Shown here one piece after another: positions 25,151 to 45,057 of a stretch of 64,000 bases of DNA. The first letter of the stretch is position 1. The number at the start of each line of letters is the position of its first letter. Made by a program: the position numbers and the translations under genes. Source of the stretch: the human T2T-CHM13v2.0 reference genome, Homo sapiens; assembly GCF_009914755.1 (NCBI RefSeq), contig NC_060932.1; one strand, written 5' to 3'. Under the pieces are notes generated by a model. The model saw only the letters and a list, made by a program, of their open reading frames with translations. It searched no databases and was not told the origin of the DNA.

Positions 25151-27059
25151 GGTCTAATTGATGCAAAAGAGGTAATTTTGTAACAATTATAATGAAAATA
25201 ACTTTCCTTTCTTGGGTAGCTGTTATGTAATAGGCACCGTACTATGTGCTTAACACATGTTGTCTGATTTAGCTCTCCTAAAGGCCATGTGAGGAATGTA
25301 TTATTTCTGTTTTCTGAGTGAAGACGCTGAGAAAGTTTAACTTATCTAAAATCAAGTTTCAGACTAGATCTCAAAATGATTATGTGTGACGCTGAAGATC
25401 TACTACCCTCCTCTCCTCACAAAGATACTATTCACATTCATAGAAAAGTCAAGCCATTTCTGACTAGAGATGCACAATTAGTTGTGGTACTAAATTTAGT
25501 GTACTGATTTGCAGAAATGGTTCAGTCTTTTCTGTTTGGCATCACTTATAGATCATTAAAGATTTTTCTAGCCTGTGAATACTCTACTGGGAAGAACAGT
25601 TTACATATGATTATTAGGAACTCTAAATATAAAATGATAATTCTAAAGAGGACTTTTATAATCACAAGGTGAAAACATTTTTTTTTGTTTTGAAAGAATT
25701 TAGGCACAAAGTTCCTATATGCTGATACTCCTAAAGAACTTTGCATTGGTTAACTATATATATTTTTCTCTTTACATACTTAACCAATTTAAAAAAGGTA
25801 AAAGTTATATAGCATGTAGTAAAAAAATTAGATAGTGTAGGCAGGTATTAAATAAACAATGTCTTCCTTCTCCCATCTCCAACTTCTAAACTTTATTTAT
25901 AAAGGTATCTTAAGGCGTTTTTTCTAAACTTTAAATGTGCATAGCAGCATGTGTACATATATTTGGGGATATCTTTTTTATTTGTAAAACTGAGATAATA
26001 GTATCCAAATTTTACCACATTTTGCTTTATTCTTTTAAAATAGTTGTGTGTTGCACTGAGTCAAAATTTAACTCATTCTGTATTTAAAGATACATGATTG
26101 TATCTAAATATTTGCTACTTAGATAAGGAGACTTTTGAAGAATGTTCTTAGTACACATAGTTTGGCGTCGTTCTGAGTATATTTGTATAGTAAATTACAG
26201 GAGTAAAATAGTTACATTAAAGAATATGTGCATTGTAAAATTTCATAGATATTCTCAAGCTGCCATTCAATAAAGGTATGTGAAACTTCACTGATGTCAA
26301 ACTGTGTTTGAGAAAGCCCATTTCTTCGGACTGTTATAACACTAGGTGTTTTAAAACTAAAGATTTTTGTCACTCTGATAGATGAAAAACAATGTTTTGA
26401 TTTGCCTTTCTTCAGTTATAAGGGAGGTTGAGCATATTTTCTATTTCTTGATCACTTGTGTTCTCTTTTTTTTTAATAAATTGCCTATTCATATTCCTGT
26501 CCATTTTTCCATTGTGATATCGATGTTTTGTTTAGTTTTGTTTTATTGATTGTATGAATTATTTGCAAATAAAGGAAATTTGTCCTTTTTCATTTGTGTG
26601 GCAGTTTAAAACAATTTTACCATTTGGGTTATAACTTTTACAAGTTTTGTTTATTAATGTTGAAAAAAATCAACTTATTGAGGTATAATTTACATAAAGA
26701 GATGTATGCATTTTAAATGTACAATGTGATGAGTTTTAACAGTTGTGTTCACCTGTATAATTACCATCTCAATCAAGATACAGAACAATTCTATCCCAAA
26801 TAGTTTCTTCATGTTCTCTGAAGATAATTCCACCATTCCTGGCCCTAGGAAAGAACTCATTTGCTTTTAGTTATACAAATAAGCTTGCCTTTTTCTAGCA
26901 GTTCTTCTGTGGAATCATAAAGTATATACTCCTCTGACTAGGGTTTTGATCATCATGAAGCTTAAGATTCATCCAAGCTGTTACATCTATTAGTAGCTTG
27001 TGCCTTTTAATTGCTGAGTTGTATTCATTATGTAACACATTTTACCTGTAGAGTCACCT

Positions 27060-28598
27060 CTTGTTTGCTGGGGCTTCTGTAACAGATTACCACAAACTGA
27101 GTAACTTAAAAGAACAGATTTATTCTCACAGTTCTGAAGGCTAGAAGTCTGAATGCTGTCTCTAAAGACTCTAGGGGAAGATCCTCCCTCACCTCTTCTC
27201 TGGCTTTTGGTGGTTGCCTGAAGTCCTTGGCATTCTTTGGCTTGCAGCAGGGTAGCTGGAATGCCTGACTCCATCTTTGTGTAGCACTCTTCCTCTGTCT
27301 CTGTATCTCTTCTCTTCCTATAAGGACACTAGTCACCCATAACAGTTTGCTTTCTAGCCCCCAATAATTCACATCCTTAAGTGCAAAATGCATTTACCGC
27401 ATCCCAATATTCCCAAAAGTTTTAACCATTCCACCATCAACTTCAAATTCAAAATCTCATCTAAATATTATAATTTCACAAAGTCCCAAATCTCATTTTA
27501 TATATTATCAAAATAAAATTTGGGTGAGACTCTGGGTATAATGCATCTCGGACCAAAATTCCTCTCCATTCACAGATGTGTGAAACTAGAAAACAAATTA
27601 TTTGTTTCTAAAATGCAATGATGGGACAGGCATAGGATAAGTATTCCCATTCCAAAAGGAAGAAACTGAAAGGAAAAAAGGGGTCATGTGTTCCAAGCAA
27701 GTTAGAAACCTAGCAAATTTCATTAGATTTCAAGGCCTGAGAGTAATCCTCAGTGGCTTACTGCTTTGTTCTCTGGGCCCTACTTGGGTGGTAGCCTACC
27801 CACTCAGCCCCCAAGGGCAGTGGCTTTACCCTCTCTGGCCCTCAGAGTCATTTGTCCCATCTCTGTTTCTTTCATCTGATGAAATAATATTCTCCAAAAA
27901 CCTTGTTGGTCTTCTGTGGATGCCAAAGGGGTCCATACCATTAGACACAAGGACACAAGGGTTCTTCTCCACAGATCTTTCCTTGGTAACTCCGTCTCTA
28001 TTTATGGCTTCTGCTGAGATGGCTGATTGGATCAGTGAATCATATGTTTAATGCTGTTAGCAAGAGGTTGTTCAGGCACACCCCTGGCCTATTTCCAGAG
28101 CCTATCTAGAAAGCTTTAGGTATTTGTTACAGCAGCACCCCACTTCTTATTACCAAATCTTTTTCAGTTTCCTGGGACTGCTATAAGAAAAGTACCATAA
28201 ATTGGTGCCTTCAAACAACAGAATTTATTCATTCATAGTTCTGTTGGCTAGAAATCTGAAATCAGAGTCAGCAGAATTGGTTCCTTTGAGTGCTCTGAGG
28301 GACATCCTGTTCTGTGTGTCCCTCCTAGCTTCTGGTGATTTCCAGCAGTCCTTGGTGTTCCATGATTTGTAGATGTATCATGCTAATCTCTGCCTCCATC
28401 TTCACATGACATTTTCCCTGGGTGTCTCTTTTCTAAGTTGTATTGGGTTAAGAGCCTACACTATTCCAGCATGACTTAATATTAATTTATATCATAATTA
28501 CATCTGCAATGACCCTATGTTTAATTAGGGTCACATTTATAGGTACCAGAGGTTAGGATTTCAACATATCTTTTTTGAAGACAGAATTTAACCCATGA
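27060..28598 (-). mobile_element. MaLR (MLT1-type) element with two same-orientation LTRs and a short internal part, inserted in an L1M
   Basis: Two related LTR starts (27060 ...ctgtaacagattaccacaaactg...; 28165 ...ctataagaaaagtaccataaattgg...). The flanking L1M (26670-27055) resumes at 28600 (cctgttgatggacatttggg). Confidence 0.7.
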
Positions 28599-30596
28599 CG
28601 AACCTGTTGATGGACATTTGGGTTACTCCAGTTTCTGGCTATTGTGAGTAAAACTACAATGAAAATTCATGTACAAGTTTTTGTATGTTTTTATTTCTTT
28701 GGGTAGTTTACTACAATGGAATTTCGGGGATATATGGTAAGTTTGTTGAACTTTACAAGAAACTGCCAAACTGTTTCCAAAGTATTATGCCATTTCACAT
28801 TTCCTCTGGTTATGCATGAGAGTTCTAGTTGTTCTATGTCCTTACCTTGGTATTTTCACTGTTTTTAATTTTAGTTATTATATGTAGTGCTCTATCTCAT
28901 TGTGGTTTTAGCTTATTTACATTTCTCTAATGAGGAATGATCCTGAGTATCATTTCATTTTCTCCTGTGTTCTGTTAATATGGTGAATTACATTGATTGG
29001 CTGCTTAATGTTAAAAAACTTGCATTTCTGGAATAAACTTGAAGATTATAGTTGATGTGGTTTTCTAATATTTTGTTGAGAATATTTTCATTGATGTTTT
29101 TGGGGGTTATTGCTCTGCAGTTTTCTTATAATGTGTTTTCTGATTTGGGTACCAGAGTAATATGCTTCTCATACAATGAGTTGGGAACTATTCCAAATGG
29201 TTTATATAGGATTGATACCATTTTTTAGAATAGTTTGATACAAAATTCACCACTGAAGCCATCTGGGCCTGAAGTTCTTTGTGAAAAATATTTACAGTAT
29301 AAATTTATTGTTTTTTTTAGAGGATATAGGATTATTCAAATTTTCTATTTGTTTTGTGTCTGCTCTGGTAAATTGAGTCTTTCCCCAATCTGTTTGCTCA
29401 TTAAATGACTAAATTGTTTATATAAAGAAAAAAGGAGCTGTTTGTCCACCACCCGCATTCTTTTTTTCTCCAGTTCATCTACTCACCCCTTCAACTCACT
29501 CTTTTTCAAATCGAGGCCTAGTGGTATATGTATATTACAAAGACTTAGAATTTTGTCTATTCACATTTTTTCTCCCATAGCATTTCTGAGAAAACTGGGT
29601 TAGATGCTGGACAAACTCCTGAAATCTTCTGTCTTACTTGCTTTTTGACTTCTACTTTAAAAGATTATGGCATAAAGTTTTGTACTTTCTTTCTGCTGAT
29701 GTTTCTTTTTCTTTTTTTTGGCTTCTTATTGTTCTCTTCCTCCTCCCTACTCTCTCCTTCTCCTCCCCCTCCCCCTCTTTTCTGTCTCCTTCTAATTTTT
29801 CTTATTCATTATGTTAGTTTTTCTGTGATCTGACCTCGCCTCACTAAAATATTACATTAAGAATATTCTGATGTTTTTCTCTTTTGGTGTGTTGGCCTAT
29901 TACCTCATATAGATTACAAGCTAATGGAAGACAATGACATCATCTTATGTTTTTCATCTACTCCTCCCTAGACAGTGGTCAACTAGTAATGACCCAATGA
30001 CTTGTTGGCTTTCTGTCGATTGAAATGTAAGTTATAAACTGAAAGATGAATCTTCGTTCATGATCTTTAGATTCTACTCCAGTTTTTATGGTACTCTGTT
30101 GCAGGGTTAAGGTTTGAATCATTTAATGATTTAGGGAGGTGCAAAAACCTATAGTAAACGGACATCATATTTCATTATTTTCATTTTTATTTCCATTCTT
30201 TCACTTTTCAGCCTTTCCATCCTAGTTGTTGGAAAATGCAATTTCTTTCTTGATTGATTTGTTCCGTGCATTTTTAGCAAGTATTGATTCTCCCCTGAAC
30301 TCTTTTGCTGCATTTCTAAGACAGAAGTATGGTATTTCAATTTATTCAAACAAGAACTAACATACCAGTCATCCTACAGAGCATAGCTAGAATTTTTCTA
30401 GCTCTGTAGTTTGTAATTGCAATTTAACATTTTCTGTCACTGTTAAAGACAGACCATCCTTGACTAGTTTTTTTAAAATTATGTTTTTATTTACTGATTG
30501 TCTACCAAGATGATTTGGTAGCCTAACATGGCTTTCCACTATGTGTAGGGCAAACAAAATATAGTTTTATATTTTTAAGTAGATTTTTTACAAACA

Positions 30597-30912
30597 GGCC
30601 AGGTGCAGTGGCTCATGCCTGTAATCGTAGCGTAGCACTTTGAGGGGCCAAGGTGGGTGGATCATTTGAAGTCAGGAGTTTGAGACCAGCCTGACCAACA
30701 TGGTGAAACCTCATCTCTACGAAAATACAAAAATTACCTGGGTGTGGTGGCGGGCACCTGTAATCTCAGCTATTGAGAGGCTGAGGCAGGAGAATCACTT
30801 GAACCCAGGATACAGAGGTTGCCATGAGCCAAGGTCATACCACTGCACTCCAGCTTGGGTGACACCAGCGAGACTCCCTCTCAAAAAAATAAAAATAAAA
30901 AATACAAATACA
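30597..30912 (+). mobile_element. AluS/J element
   Basis: Full Alu with a short cgtag duplication near the 5' end. Confidence 0.9.
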
Positions 30913-31149
30913 AACATACATTAATTTAATGTGTATTTATTGTACCATATAAATTTAAATCTAGCCTTTGGTTATTTATTTTAATGATAAAAATGGCAAA
31001 TACATTTTAGTTCAAAGTTGGAAGAGAGGAAAACAGTCTAATGAGTAGAATGCCATTTAAGTCAGTAGTTCTTAATTTTATTACCTTATATTCTTACTTA
31101 TTTTATGTAATCTTGAGTGTGTTCCCTAATTTCTCATTACTTCACTTTT

Positions 31150-31325
31150 GTTTTATTCCTTTTTTTTTTATTTTGAGATAGGTTCTTGCTCTATTGCCCA
31201 GGCTAGAGTGTACTGTGGCAAGATCACAGCTTGCTGTGACCTCAAATTCTTGGGCTCAAGCTATTCTTCCACCTCAGCCTTCCAAGTAGGTAGGACTACA
31301 GGCATGCGCCACCACATCTGGCTTT
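31150..31325 (-). mobile_element. AluJ/FRAM monomer
   Basis: gagataggttcttgctctattgcccaggct...actacaggcatgcgccaccac. Confidence 0.8.
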
Positions 31326-31353
31326 CATTTTTCTTATAGATCAGCTTTCTGAT

Positions 31354-31723
31354 TGACATGGTTTGGCTCTGTGTCCTTACCCAAATCTCATCTTGAATTG
31401 CAATTCCCAGGTGTTGAGGGAGGATCAGGTGGGAGGTGGTTGGATCATGGGGATGGTTTCCCCCATGCTATTCTCATGATAGTGAGTTCTCATGAGAGCT
31501 GATGGTTTCAAAAGTGTTTGGCAGTTCCCCCTTCGCGTGTGCTCTCTCTCTCTCCTGCCTTGTGAAGAAGGTACTTGCTTCTCCTTTGCCTTCTGCCATG
31601 ATTGTTAAGTTTCCTGAGGCCTTCTCAGCCATGTGGAACTGTGAGTCAATTAAACCTCTTTTATTTATGAATTACCTAGTCGCAGGTAGTAGCTTTATAG
31701 CAATGTGAAAATGCAATAATACA
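31354..31723 (+). mobile_element. THE1D/MSTA solo LTR
   Basis: TG...CA ends (tgacatggtttggctctgtgtc...aataataca), 5-bp TSD ctgat on both sides, internal gtcaattaaacctc. Confidence 0.9.
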
Positions 31724-32452
31724 CTGATGTTTACCCCAAAGAAACCTGACAAAATTAAATCGAAATCCTAGGACATTATATCATACCACTATTAATGTAC
31801 TATAATGTTTAGTCAGTCTCAGTTATGTTCACAGTGAGCCATATGTTTTCTAGCATTGTTTTCATTTGTTTCTAGGTGATACAAAATATACTTCTGTTTG
31901 TAGGATTTAGTTACTTTATTAATTGGGGATACTTAAAATAATAAATGAATAAATTATAGCAGATAACTTCTCAAATTCTACTCACCCAATTCCAGTTTAA
32001 ATTCTTAATTATTATATAAATTTTTATTTTGGAAAAAAGACATCTAAACTCAAAAAATATCCTAAAAGGCATTAATTCTCAATGCACATGTTACATGCCA
32101 GAGCTGAGAATATTGGAGATTTTTTGTCAAAATACTGGGAGCTTCAAAAAAGTTGTTTAGTGGCTCTTTTGGAGTCCAGGTATGACCAACAATAATATAG
32201 TAATGATACCACTCTAGCCACCTCACTAAAGATCTTTTTGGAAATATTCTCACTGTCACATTGTAGAAAATAGTAATTTTATTGAGTATTTTAAATTCCA
32301 AATATAAATCTTCTGTTATGGCACTTTTTCAGAGGAGATGAAGAATAAGTTTTGTCTATCCTGAACTCTCCTAGTTTTATGATGACCTGCTGTTCTGAGT
32401 CTTCCATTTCTATCAGTTGCCATAATGCTGTATGTTATTTTTTCTTTTATAG

Positions 32453-32616
32453 GTAGTAACTGGAAAGTTTTTATAATCACCAGTGACTTGCCAGATGCAG
32501 GGACCAGCTCACAGATTTATATTATTCTGTATGGACAACATAGAAGTTCAGCCCCCATATATCTTTATGGAACAGATGGGGCTCGATTTCAGGTTGGCCA
32601 TGAAGACATATTTACT
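32453..32616 (+). CDS. RP1: RP1 alternative downstream exon A (PLAT1 N-part: SSNWKVFIITSDLPDAGTSSQIYIILYGQHRSSAPIYLYGTDGARFQVGHEDIFT)
   Basis: Acceptor tttcttttatag|GT is phase 1, matching exon 3. Donor ACT|gtaagt is phase 0. PLAT signature (W/Y)xVxxxTxDxxxAGTxxxxxIxLYG...FxxGxxDxF. Confidence 0.9.
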
Positions 32617-33884
32617 GTAAGTAATAAAACTGAGTATAAACTGTTAATATAAGTGATACACCTAGTAGGTACTTTGGAATGAACATAGTCTATCCCTTTA
32701 GTAACACCATGTGCCCTGTAGAAGATCATTCAAAAATAATTTATGGAAGTTTTTGCTCAAGCAGATTTAACACAAGTAAATCTGCAATATGGGAAGAGAC
32801 AGTAGCTAGAGAGAAATACTAGATGGTAAACACTTATTTTTATGTGGACAGACATCAGGAGCAAGGGCTTATGCCTTTCTGGCTCTCCAGATAAGGCTCA
32901 AAGTCAAGCTCAAAAAGGGAAAAATAAAATTGTCAAACAAGGAAGGCAAAAAAGTTGTCATCAAGTTGTTAATTACTGGTTTTTATTAGGTATTAGTTAT
33001 CAAGTTATTAGACCATGGCTAGACACATGGAGATCAGGGTCTAGAGGGAAACAGAGGTAACAAAGATGAAGCAGGGAGACCAGTGCCATGTTGTTAAACT
33101 GAAGTCAGATACATTAGCAAACAAAGGCAAGACTTGAAGTGGGTCAAGCACCTGGCACTTACAGATGCTTAGTAATGTCTGTTGAATAAATTAATGGATG
33201 CACAGAAGGATTGGTTTGAACCAGGTGGAGACAGAGTAAAATCACCATGAAAAAAGAGTCTCCTTAAGTATTGCAAGTCTTCACAGGACAGCCATCTCCA
33301 TGTGATCCTGGGTGTTTGGTTTACTACAACCACAGGAGAGGCTGAACCATTTGGAAACATTGTTCCCATTAGATTAGTTTGATCTAACTTTTCCATCCTA
33401 TATGAGTCAATATTTAAAGACACTCTTGTGTTTATAGTCACTAAAAGGAAAAGATTTTGTCATTATTTTCTGTGAGTAAGAAATAAAAATAGTCTGAGCT
33501 GTTGTTGTTTTACTATTTTAGTGTTTCATGTTTTCTTTTAAATTGAATTATATATTCACATAGTTTATAGGGCTAAATAATTTTCAATTCTGTAATAAGA
33601 AAGGAACACCCTTAACCCCTCATTTTTATAGTTTGATGCTTCTTTTTTCTGAATGCTGCTACTAAATTTCAGCTCTTTCTGTTGTCACTCTTGCCTGAGT
33701 TCTGGGATGGCTACATTAATCTCTTGTTGTAGAGGTGATGGCTTTATTAAATGCAGTAATTTCATGCCAATTTTGATCACAGTTTCGTTTGTTCTAATGA
33801 ATTGTTTTCTTGTAAGGGTTCTTAGGCAGACTGTTTTACATCTTCCTTTCCTTTTTCCCTGTACTTTCTTTGTATAGACCTTTT

Positions 33885-36180
<2,296 letters not shown>

Positions 36181-36248
36181 TAATCTGAGCTGTTTTTAAG
36201 TGAATTTTGTGAAATTACATTGAAAGTTGTTCCCTTGGCTCTTCATAG

Positions 36249-36335
36249 ATAACAGTTGGAGACATTGGAGCACTCTTTAAGATTCGTATTGGTCATACCA
36301 ACTCTGGATCCTCCCCTTCCTGGCACTGCAAGGAG
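36249..36335 (+). CDS. RP1: RP1 alternative exon B (PLAT1 middle: ITVGDIGALFKIRIGHTNSGSSPSWHCKE)
   Basis: cttcatag|ATA ... GAG|gtaagg, phase 0-0. DIGxLxKIRIGHxNSGxxPxW is a PLAT motif. Confidence 0.9.
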
Positions 36336-38111
36336 GTAAGGATATATCAACACTTTCCCATTCTTTGCAAAATCCTCTGCATATTCCTCTCAGGAGTCAA
36401 CTCATCATGCCTATAATGAGTTGATAGAGTCCTGTACCTTTTTAGCCAGTGCTTTCTTCAAGGCAGAAGTATCATATGCCCTTAATAATTAATTAATTCT
36501 TAATTGATTGAGGGAGGCACCTTAACCAAGCAATTCTTTCACCTCTTTGCAAAGAAAAAAACGCCTGGGACTCTGGATAAACTCATATAGCTTCTTGATA
36601 TAGTTGCACTGCTGATAAAAAGATGACTAGCTGTATGTTATTTGCTTCAGAAATGTTGTAAAGATAGACCACTGTGTTGATGAAATAATAGTCTACTAGA
36701 ATTGAATGCCAGCTTTGAAATTTAGTCTATTCATGCTAAGAAGGAAAATGCCCCTTGAGTATTTTTAAGATTAAAAAAAGGCTTAAATTTTCTACATTGT
36801 TCAGCATGAAACATCCTACTTATTAGCATGATTGTCAGTAAATGCAGACCTCCAACACTGGAAATCATAGAGCTTGTCATCCAATTTTATATATGGTGTA
36901 TTTACACCTTCTGTCATTTCAAAATAAATGCTCTTTAACTAAACAAGTTCTCAAAATGTGCAGAAAATCTAGTCATATTCCTGATATTTTCGGCAAACTT
37001 ACTCTTCTTGAGTTTTAACATGTGGAAGAATTAATGAAAACTTCATAGATGATGAGTAATTCCTTAAAAACATTAAAAAATTCCATTAGCAGAAATATAT
37101 AGTTGTTAATACCATCTTCTTTATGTTAAAGTTACAAACGATTCTGAAAGCAGAATGAGAAAATAAAACTTACCTTATGAAAATACAGAATGTTGAGGTT
37201 ATATTTTAAAATTCAAAATTACTACCTGGCTTCTATGTGAAATACTTTTATGCTATATAGAGCTTTTGAAGTATGATATTCAAATTGATTCTTAAATGAT
37301 CATATATGACAATATCTTTTTTTCTTCCCTCTCAGTAAGGTAAACTAACATATGAAAATTATCATTAATCCTCCTGCCATTTCATTTGATAGCCAATAAG
37401 CAAGATTACATTCATTATGAACTTGGGATGCTGAGACAAAAAATTTTGTATTATAGAGGAATGATATAAAAATCAGGCTGAAAATTTCTATTGTCTTTCT
37501 CTCTATGGCAAGTATTCTCTCACTGCAAGGGAACTTTGCCTAAGGTTTACTTTGGCTCTTGTTGAGTACCTGTGAAGAAGAAACACATTCTTGATCCAAA
37601 GTTTCCTTCTGAATGTAGAAAAGCCCTTATCCAGTTTATCCATTTTGCCAAATTAGATATTGGTTTGAAAATTTTCTGTTCAATTCTTATAATACAGTTT
37701 AGAAGTTTGAAATTTGAAATTTTAATTAATCAACTTGTATGGGGATTTGAACAGAATCACTGATTCCATGATAGCAACAATAATACATTTCCATAAAATA
37801 ACCACATTGCTTTAGAAACTTAATCTTGATTTTTTTCAAGTTTAGTTAGGGAAGATTACAAAATAAAAAGTTCAAAATGTTAGGTTATTTTCTGCTTCTC
37901 AAATGATCAGCTTTGGGCCTTAATTAAAATAATCAAATCAGACAGTCTTGGCAGTAATAACCTTGCAAACAATAATTTTTCTCATGGGTTCTCAGGAAGC
38001 CTTTCTAAAAGTGACATTACATTGTATCAGAATCACACTTAACATGCATTTATAAATGTGAATTCCTGAACCTGTCTGAGTCTCACAGACCTTAGTAGGA
38101 TCAGGTACTGA

Positions 38112-38415
<304 letters not shown>

Positions 38416-39205
38416 GAAAATCTGCCTTTTTAACAGGGTGATTTTAAAATCATTGAAGTTGAAAATCTCTGATTTAAGGCATTCTCAAAAGAGTAAGATT
38501 AATTTAATAGTTAAAATAACACCTCACTGAAGCTTTATTTCTAAAAATATTTTAATGAAAAAGTTATCTTTCTGTAAACATTTCATTATACTACAAATGA
38601 AACATCTGAATCCATTACAGAACACATCTGAATTCTTAAACGTCAGAAAACATACTGAAGTTTTAAAGTAATTTTGAATATTTAGGTAGGCTAACAATCC
38701 TTACATTACCCTTGCACACTGGCATGCTTATTCACTATTTTGTGACATCAATTACTGGAACTCCAAGAGATACTGTAAAAGAATAATAGTACTCTATTCA
38801 GAAAAGGCTAGACTTTAGTATCAGAAAATATAATTTTTACTTTTTGATGATTTTCATATTTTTCAGTTCCTACCAGAAATTATTAACATTCTTGTTTAAC
38901 TCCAGGATAAATGGATCAGGTATAAATAATCAGTGCTTGAGTTTTGTTCATTGCTAAGGATCCAAAGGGGGAACCATATCAGTTTGAATCTGTAGTGTAT
39001 GAAATCTGACCTTATGCTAATATTTATAAAATCACTTTAAACCAAAAGTTAATTTCTAAGAAGTTGAAACAGGGAAATAATATATTTCTAAAAATGTAAA
39101 CATCTCTTTCTAAACAGGAAAATATTAATGACATAAGATTTGGGAAGAAATTGCCATGTTTGACATAAACATTTCAAAATAGAAACACTAGAAATAGAAA
39201 ATTTA

Positions 39206-39345
39206 TCTGGGTGCAGTGGCACGTGTCTGTAGTCCCAGCTACTCAGGAGGCTGAGGTGGGAGGATCACTTCAGCCTAGGAGTTGGCAACCAGCCTGGGCA
39301 ACATAGCAAGACTTTGTCTCAAATAAATAAATAAATAAATAAATA
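39206..39345 (+). mobile_element. FLAM/FRAM-type Alu monomer
   Basis: ctgggtgcagtggcacg...gcctgggcaacatagcaagac followed by (AAAT)n. Confidence 0.8.
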
Positions 39346-39551
39346 GAAATAGGAAGATTTTTAGATAGAGGAAAGAAATGCCATTGTACCTGAGATGGCA
39401 GTAAAAGAAGAAATTAGCACTGTCAAATTATCAACAGTTTCTCATATTAAAAATAATTCTCTGAGCTAAGTGGCAGTCTTGAACAAAAACTTATTTGACA
39501 CTTTGATAAAGCATTCCTACATTTTTAAAAGTAATATTATTGTTATTATAG

Positions 39552-39684
39552 ATACAGCTGCATAATATGAATTCTGGAAAACAGTTTTATGTACCTGTTC
39601 AACGATGGTTGGCACGAGATCAAGAGGATGGGGAAATCTGTCGAGAATTTCCTCTTTTAAGTAAAGGACAACCTGTCCTTCCAG
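39552..39684 (+). CDS. RP1: RP1 alternative exon C (PLAT1 C-part: IQLHNMNSGKQFYVPVQRWLARDQEDGEICREFPLLSKGQPVLP)
   Basis: ttattatag|ATA ... CCAG|gtagga, phase 0-1. RWLxxDxEDGxIxRE is the PLAT C-terminal motif. Confidence 0.88.
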
Positions 39685-41364
39685 GTAGGAAAGATTCAAC
39701 TCCAGGTAGCATGGATAAAACTTGTTTGCCTAAATGCTGAAGGACAGGGAACCAATAAACACATGTTGAGTAAATGAATGATTAAGGACTGCCAGTTTCT
39801 TATCACTTACCTCTCTGATGTGGCAGCTGCATCTAAATGCTTTTTAGTTGTTTCACATGCCAGCATTCAGGAGTATGTTCTTGTCAACAGCCCTATAGGA
39901 AGGTTGGCTGAAATGCTTCTTAATCAAAACAAGGAAATTAATTCTTAGGCGGTCATGAGAAAATTGAATGTCAAATGACGTTCCTCCAGGGCTAAGAAAT
40001 GCAAGTCAGTGTCTACTTTTCCCACTGGGCTCTGCCTCATTTTTGAAAATTTATCTATTTGATTAGGAAATAAAACACAACTGCTCAATGACTTTCTAAA
40101 TGTCTGGCCGAAAGCAGAGATGTGTTCAAGCCTTGTGTAAATTTATGGCTGATAATAGGCTCTTGTTCTACTCAGGATTAGGTAGTCACTGCTCCCCAGC
40201 ACAAGAATTCAGGGTGACTATCCATAAGAACCATTTGCTCTTGGGTCTGCTGGCCTCTGCCTTGGGGGAGAACGGGATAAGGGCATACGAGATTATTAAA
40301 TAGACAATTGGCAAAAAATGGATTTTTCTCCAATCCAGACTATGTTCTGTTAAAAATGTGATGTTTTAATTTTCTGAATAAATAAATAAATGAGTAATAT
40401 TAAGTCTTATCTGACATTAGGCTTAGGTCCATACCAACCTGTGTAGTTTTTTGAGGGAACATAGACTGGTAAACATTTGCACAGATTGATGATTCCTTTG
40501 TGGTTTTAAATAAGGTGTGATCACTTTTCTTAAGTTTCTGAAGTTAAAATATTTTTGAAAAGACATGAATAGCCCTAGTTACTGAAAAGTGAAGCAGGAG
40601 CATTGTTCTCACCATTCATAAGTATTTTTTTCACCATTTAGAAGCATTGTTATCACTATTCTTCCTCATCAGCCCACACGTTTCACCTGAGAAGATGTTC
40701 GCCAGGTGCCCTATTCCTACCCATTGTTAGTAACAATGCAGAGGTGACTTTCTGCTGCTACTTCCCTCCATTTTAACTGTTAAAGTTCTGCTCAAAGAAG
40801 GCACACTCTACAAATATGTTCTGATTTTACTTGTCTTCTGTGTAGGGCTTGACCCTTATGGTTTATTAATAAACATTTTTCTTTTCAGTTTCAGGACATG
40901 GCTTGGTATTCTAACCATACCCTATCATATGTATCTATAAATTTGATAAGCCTTTAGTTATCTAGGTCAGTGGTAGATACAGCAAATGATGATTTACCCT
41001 TGCCATATTTTTATCTAATATTCTAGCTAAGATTGATGCTGTGTCTGAAATGATATCATTACGAATAAGTTAACACTCTTCACTAGAGGTAGACACATAA
41101 GTTCTAGGTGGTACAAATAATGAAAGCTGGATTAATGTCTTTTTTGCTATATTTTATTCCTTTAAGATTATAAAAAGTAATGGTAGTTATTCACCATTTA
41201 AGACAACAGTAACTCTAAAAGTGTTTGCCCAGTTTACCAGTATACCATCATGTGTACGTGAAAAAAAATTTGTTGTAATTATGGAATTATTTTCCTGCGA
41301 AGGATAAAGGTTCCTAACAAAACACCAAAAGTGGGCTCACAGTCTGTGTGAGCTACTTTTAAAC

Positions 41365-44010
<2,646 letters not shown>

Positions 44011-44500
44011 TATGTGCTGGGGGTAGGAGGGGGAGCTTCAGCATGTAAAATGCCATGAATTTTCCTACTGACTTTGATGAGGTTCTTTTTGTCTTTGGGC
44101 TTGCCTGGGTGCAGGAACCTCTTAGGTGGTTTCTGGGGTTCTCACAAAGGCAAATGTTCCAAGCATTGTTGTTATGATGGTGTCTCTGTGGGCAAATGCA
44201 TTTTGCTGATGCCCTATGGGTACTTTTTAATGAAACAACTATTTTGTATTTCAGTTTACCCAGTAGAACCCTGGGTAAATATGTCAATTAAGAAAATTTC
44301 AGTTCATTTTTATTATATATTTGTCTTTTAAGTTCTTACATGGAAAATAAAAGAAGAATACCTCTGATTAGAATAGCACAAAGGTGATAGACCACTGTTA
44401 CTCTGATCCCCCTCCGCTTGTTTTCTCTCTCCAACTTTAGCATAGTTATTTGGTTTTTAAAAAAGGAAAAATGAAATTTTGGTTAGAAAAATAATAAGGA

Positions 44501-45057
<557 letters not shown>

